Below are positions 60,644-64,000 of a stretch of DNA of 64,000 nt, in pieces (position 1 is the first letter of the stretch; each line of letters begins with the position of its first letter). The stretch lies in contig OZ004610.1 in assembly GCA_963924565.1 (NCBI GenBank), positions 1,178,001 to 1,242,000 on the forward strand. Direction: 5' to 3'. The notes below the pieces were generated by a model. That model saw only the letters and a program-made list of their open reading frames with translations. It was not told the DNA's origin and did no database searches. The position numbers and the translations under genes are program-made. This stretch comes from Ascidiella aspersa. Its lineage: Eukaryota.

Positions 60644-60680
60644 CTTGTTGTTTCAACTTGTCAGTTGTGTCAATCCAATA
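60644..60680 (-). other. 5' non-coding exon of the peptide gene (start approximate)
   Basis: AAG|gtaagt donor at 60643; 83-nt intron ends at the ATG. Confidence 0.65.
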
Positions 60681-60839
60681 TAAAACTGTGTGCCAACTGA
60701 GATATTTCAGCTCAATTTAAAGGTTTTAAACAATAAGCTGACTTTTGGTTCATGGAAATATTTGGAGAATCGTGGTTATTGTTTGATTAAACGCAGAAAA
60801 TTAACTGGGAATATTGCGGATTTTTTAAAAAATAAAATT

Positions 60840-61580
60840 ACCTTTGAATAGTTGAATTATTTTATATTATTCCTTTCTTTGAAATCTAAACAAAAATATC
60901 AGCGGATTATTTCTGAGAAACATTTCGGATTTGTTTTTATTCAAAGTCAATTTCAAATATGTGCAAATTTAACATTATTTTCTTTCTTTATATTGAACAT
61001 TAAATCAGCAGATAATTTCATTGAAACAAACCCGCAAACTTTCTATTTAAAGTTGATTTTGAATAAAGACAAATCCGTAATGTTTCTCAGTAATAATCCG
61101 CCGAAATTTTTGCTCAGATTTCAAAAAAAGGAAATAATGTAAAATAATGCAGCTATTCAAAATTAATTTTGAATAAAACAAATCCGTAATGTTTCTCAGA
61201 AATAATCCGCTGATATTTTTGTTTAGATTTCAAAGAAAAAAAAATGCAACTATTCAAAGTTGACTTTGAATAAAAATAAATCCGCAACGTTTCTTAGTAA
61301 ATTATCTGCTGATATTTTTGTTTAGATTTCAAAGAAAGAAAAAATGGAACTATTCAAAGTTGACTTTGAATAAAAGCAAATCCGCAACGTTTCAAGTAAA
61401 CTATTCTTATATTACTGTTGAGATTTCAAAGAAGGAAAATAATATAAAAGATTGCAACAATTCAAACTAGACTTTGAAAAACAAAAACAAACTCACAATT
61501 ATGCTAATATTATTGTTTAGATTTCAAAGAATAAAAATAATTTAAAACAGTGCAATTATTCAAAGTCCACTTTGAATACC
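60840..61580. repeat. foldback-type satellite of ~100-bp units (core palindrome tattcaaagttgactttgaata); orientation flips near 61025; more units at 59620-59790
   Basis: About 5-6 tandem units at 61040-61580 and reverse-complement units at 60840-61020 and 59620-59790. Confidence 0.85.
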
Positions 61581-61959
61581 CACTTTCAATTCCGCCATGT
61601 TTTTCTCTTTTTAATTAAATTCCATATTAAACGCAAAACAACGCAAGAAAAACGATAGAATTTACAGTTAACTAACATGATAAAACAAAAGTTCGTTCTA
61701 CAAAAAATATTCATGAAAGGGATGATCCAATCACGTAACGATGACCTTTGTGATTTGAATAGTTTTGCAGGATGACGTCATCACTTCCTTAGACACGTGG
61801 TTGCTGACGTCATAAAACGCGTTAATTAAATGCTCACAAAACAGAGGGAAAGTGGTTGTTAGAAGTTTGCTGAAGCTTTCATATTCTGAGCTGCCAGAAA
61901 GAGAGATTTAGTATGAGCATTTGACCATCAATGAATATACTGTTGCTGTGAGGCATTAT

Positions 61960-62106
61960 ATCAATTTTAAAGAGGGTTCTTCTGACAAATATTTATTCTG
62001 TTGCAAGGTTACAAGTTAATTTGCCCTGAAGAAGATTACCTGGATAGGTTATCGAAACGTCGTCACAGAATAAATATTTGTCTGAAGAACCCTGTTTAAA
62101 ATTGAT
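61960..62106 (+). other. inverted repeat (~42-bp arms) enclosing a hammerhead-ribozyme-like core of Penelope-element style
   Basis: CUGAAGA (62026-62032), stem GAUUACCU/AGGUUAUC, GAAAC (62054-62058), then GUC; related degenerate copy at 56015-56055. Confidence 0.5.
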
Positions 62107-63889
62107 TTTACTATCCTTCCTTCTTTTGGTGAAACTGGCCTGTTGTGCTTTCCCAAAGGGCAAAAATGACTTTAATCTCGGTTCTTTTCTTTTCTGCATG
62201 ATTTGAATCAAGGTGCGTTTTACAAAGCTTGGCTTCGTGACCGCGTTGGAAAGAGTTTAGATGCAAACCAGACCCTGCGGCAAACCCTCTCCTTCGTGTT
62301 CGATTACGAAGTGGTTGTTACCAGTGTGTTGAACTGTTTTTTTACTCTGGGCCTAGATTATACATCTTAATCTCTAGTTCCTATTTGCCCTAACACCCTA
62401 ATAACCCTAGACGTTATGTACCTTAAGCCCTAGAAACCTATTCTTATCCTTGGTGAACCCTTCGTTATCTTATTTTCATTTTATAAAAACACTTACAGTA
62501 CCTTACGCATTTGGGTATCTGAAAAACACCTGAAAGTCAAAGATTAAGGATTTGTTAGCTCCTGTAAAAAAAGGTTTTCCAAAATCACTGACTTCTTTGC
62601 TGACTTAACAGTCCAAACCAATCAAATATTCGGCAAATACAAAAGTGCAAACTGCCTCAAATGTTTCAATTTAGGGTTGTTTGGTTTTAGTTGGTTTAAT
62701 TTTTGTGGTTATGTATCAGACAAGTAAATAACACAAGACACAATTCTTTCGTGGGGGAAAAATTCCATCGTCTCATCGCATCGTGGTTATATTGCAATTT
62801 CTTAATGCAAAAAAAAACAGAATCAAAGAAGAAATGAAATCTCCAAGTAAATTAAGGGGTTTTATTTGGTTCTCTAAACTGGAGTTTTTGCACAAAGCGA
62901 GTTCGATAGAATAAAGTTCGAAGCCACTTTGGTCAACAACTTATAGTAGGAATGCAAATTGCCACAAACACACATGCTTGCCGACACTGTTCTGTTGGTC
63001 CAGAGCGGTGCAGTGTGCTTACAAGAATAAAGTGCAGTTTTAGGTGAAAAAGCTCTGAACCAACCCAAACACTTCACTACTTTCAAAATAAAAAATAAAA
63101 AGTGCAAAACATCTATAATAATAGAAGGCGTGGCTGTCACGCGAATAAGTTGATTGCGAATTTCGAATACAAGTTTTAAACTTCCAATACATTTAGAACA
63201 AGTTTGCAATAAACAACGTTAACTTCAGCCGTGGAGTAATATGGCAAAGTCCTGCAAAAATTGAACTTTAAAGAAGCTTTTGACCAAACGAGAGCTTCGG
63301 CAGGGAGACATCTCGTGTTTGGGTGAATTTATAAAAGTAAAAATTTGTTTTTAACTCGAAGCGCTCCTATCATAAAGCATTATAAAGTTATCCGTTCAGA
63401 TTCCAGTGGTTTTCAAGCGGTTGCCTTGCCTGGCATTTTATTGCTGCATATTCACGGGGGAAGGAAGAGAAGTAATGTGGGAATAAACTGCAAGGCAAGG
63501 CCTGGTTCTGCAACAAGCAAATCTCAATTACATCGGGCTTATCCCGATCGCAATCCGCCTGGAATTTCGCGCATAAACCTAATGCTGGTAACCGCCCTTT
63601 AAGGTAAGTTTACTTTAAAAATGAATTATATTTTTGGGAGTTTTGTGAAAATCTGTATCAGGGGTTTGCTAGGTGTTCACATTGACCGAAAGGTGAGGTG
63701 ATTTAAAAGTCTACTTTTCAATGTAAGTTGCATATTATGTTATTAAATTGACTTGTTAAATGATGGCGCTACAAGGTTCATCTTATATTTTACTTCCAGG
63801 TTTGGTTTTGTTTAAAGTCAAACTAGACAAGTTGCATTATTATTATTCATTCTCTTTTACATTTTAATAATACCAAAAGTACAATTCTA

Positions 63890-63971
63890 TTTTTTAGCTG
63901 TTTTATTGATCGGCACACGAATAAACAACGAATACACGAAGATACTTTGTTGTTGTTTCTCGTTGATTAGT
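63890..63971 (-). other. 3' non-coding exon of a paralogous peptide gene that continues beyond the window
   Basis: Colinear and highly similar to 59961-60067, including acceptor, AATAAA (63907-63902) and adjacent intron sequence (aatgaattataaat). Confidence 0.7.
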
Positions 63972-64000
63972 CTGAAACAAAATAAATGAATTATAAATTA

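Overview
AT-rich, intron-containing animal genomic DNA. It looks most like an ascidian/tunicate; this is inferred from base composition, TGACGTCA richness and peptide precursor style, not proven. (1) 1-47220 (+): the 3' half of a DOCK-D/zizimin (DOCK9/10/11-type) Cdc42 GEF gene. I reconstructed 24 phase-compatible exons (~1091 aa, including the whole DHR2 domain), plus several candidate cassette or micro-exons and duplicated splice sites. (2) Its ~17-kb intron (19339-36277) hosts a probable nested antisense gene for a ~339-aa disordered, motif-rich protein I do not recognise. (3) ~59950-60680 (-): a complete 4-exon gene, missed by the ORF track, for an 81-aa precursor with signal peptide, cationic 5-Cys peptide and acidic C-terminal propiece, the layout of ascidian antimicrobial peptides. 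A paralogous last exon at the window end (63900-63971) points to a tandem gene cluster. The rest is intronic or intergenic DNA with many MITEs, a tRNA-headed hairpin element, hammerhead-like remnants and a foldback satellite.
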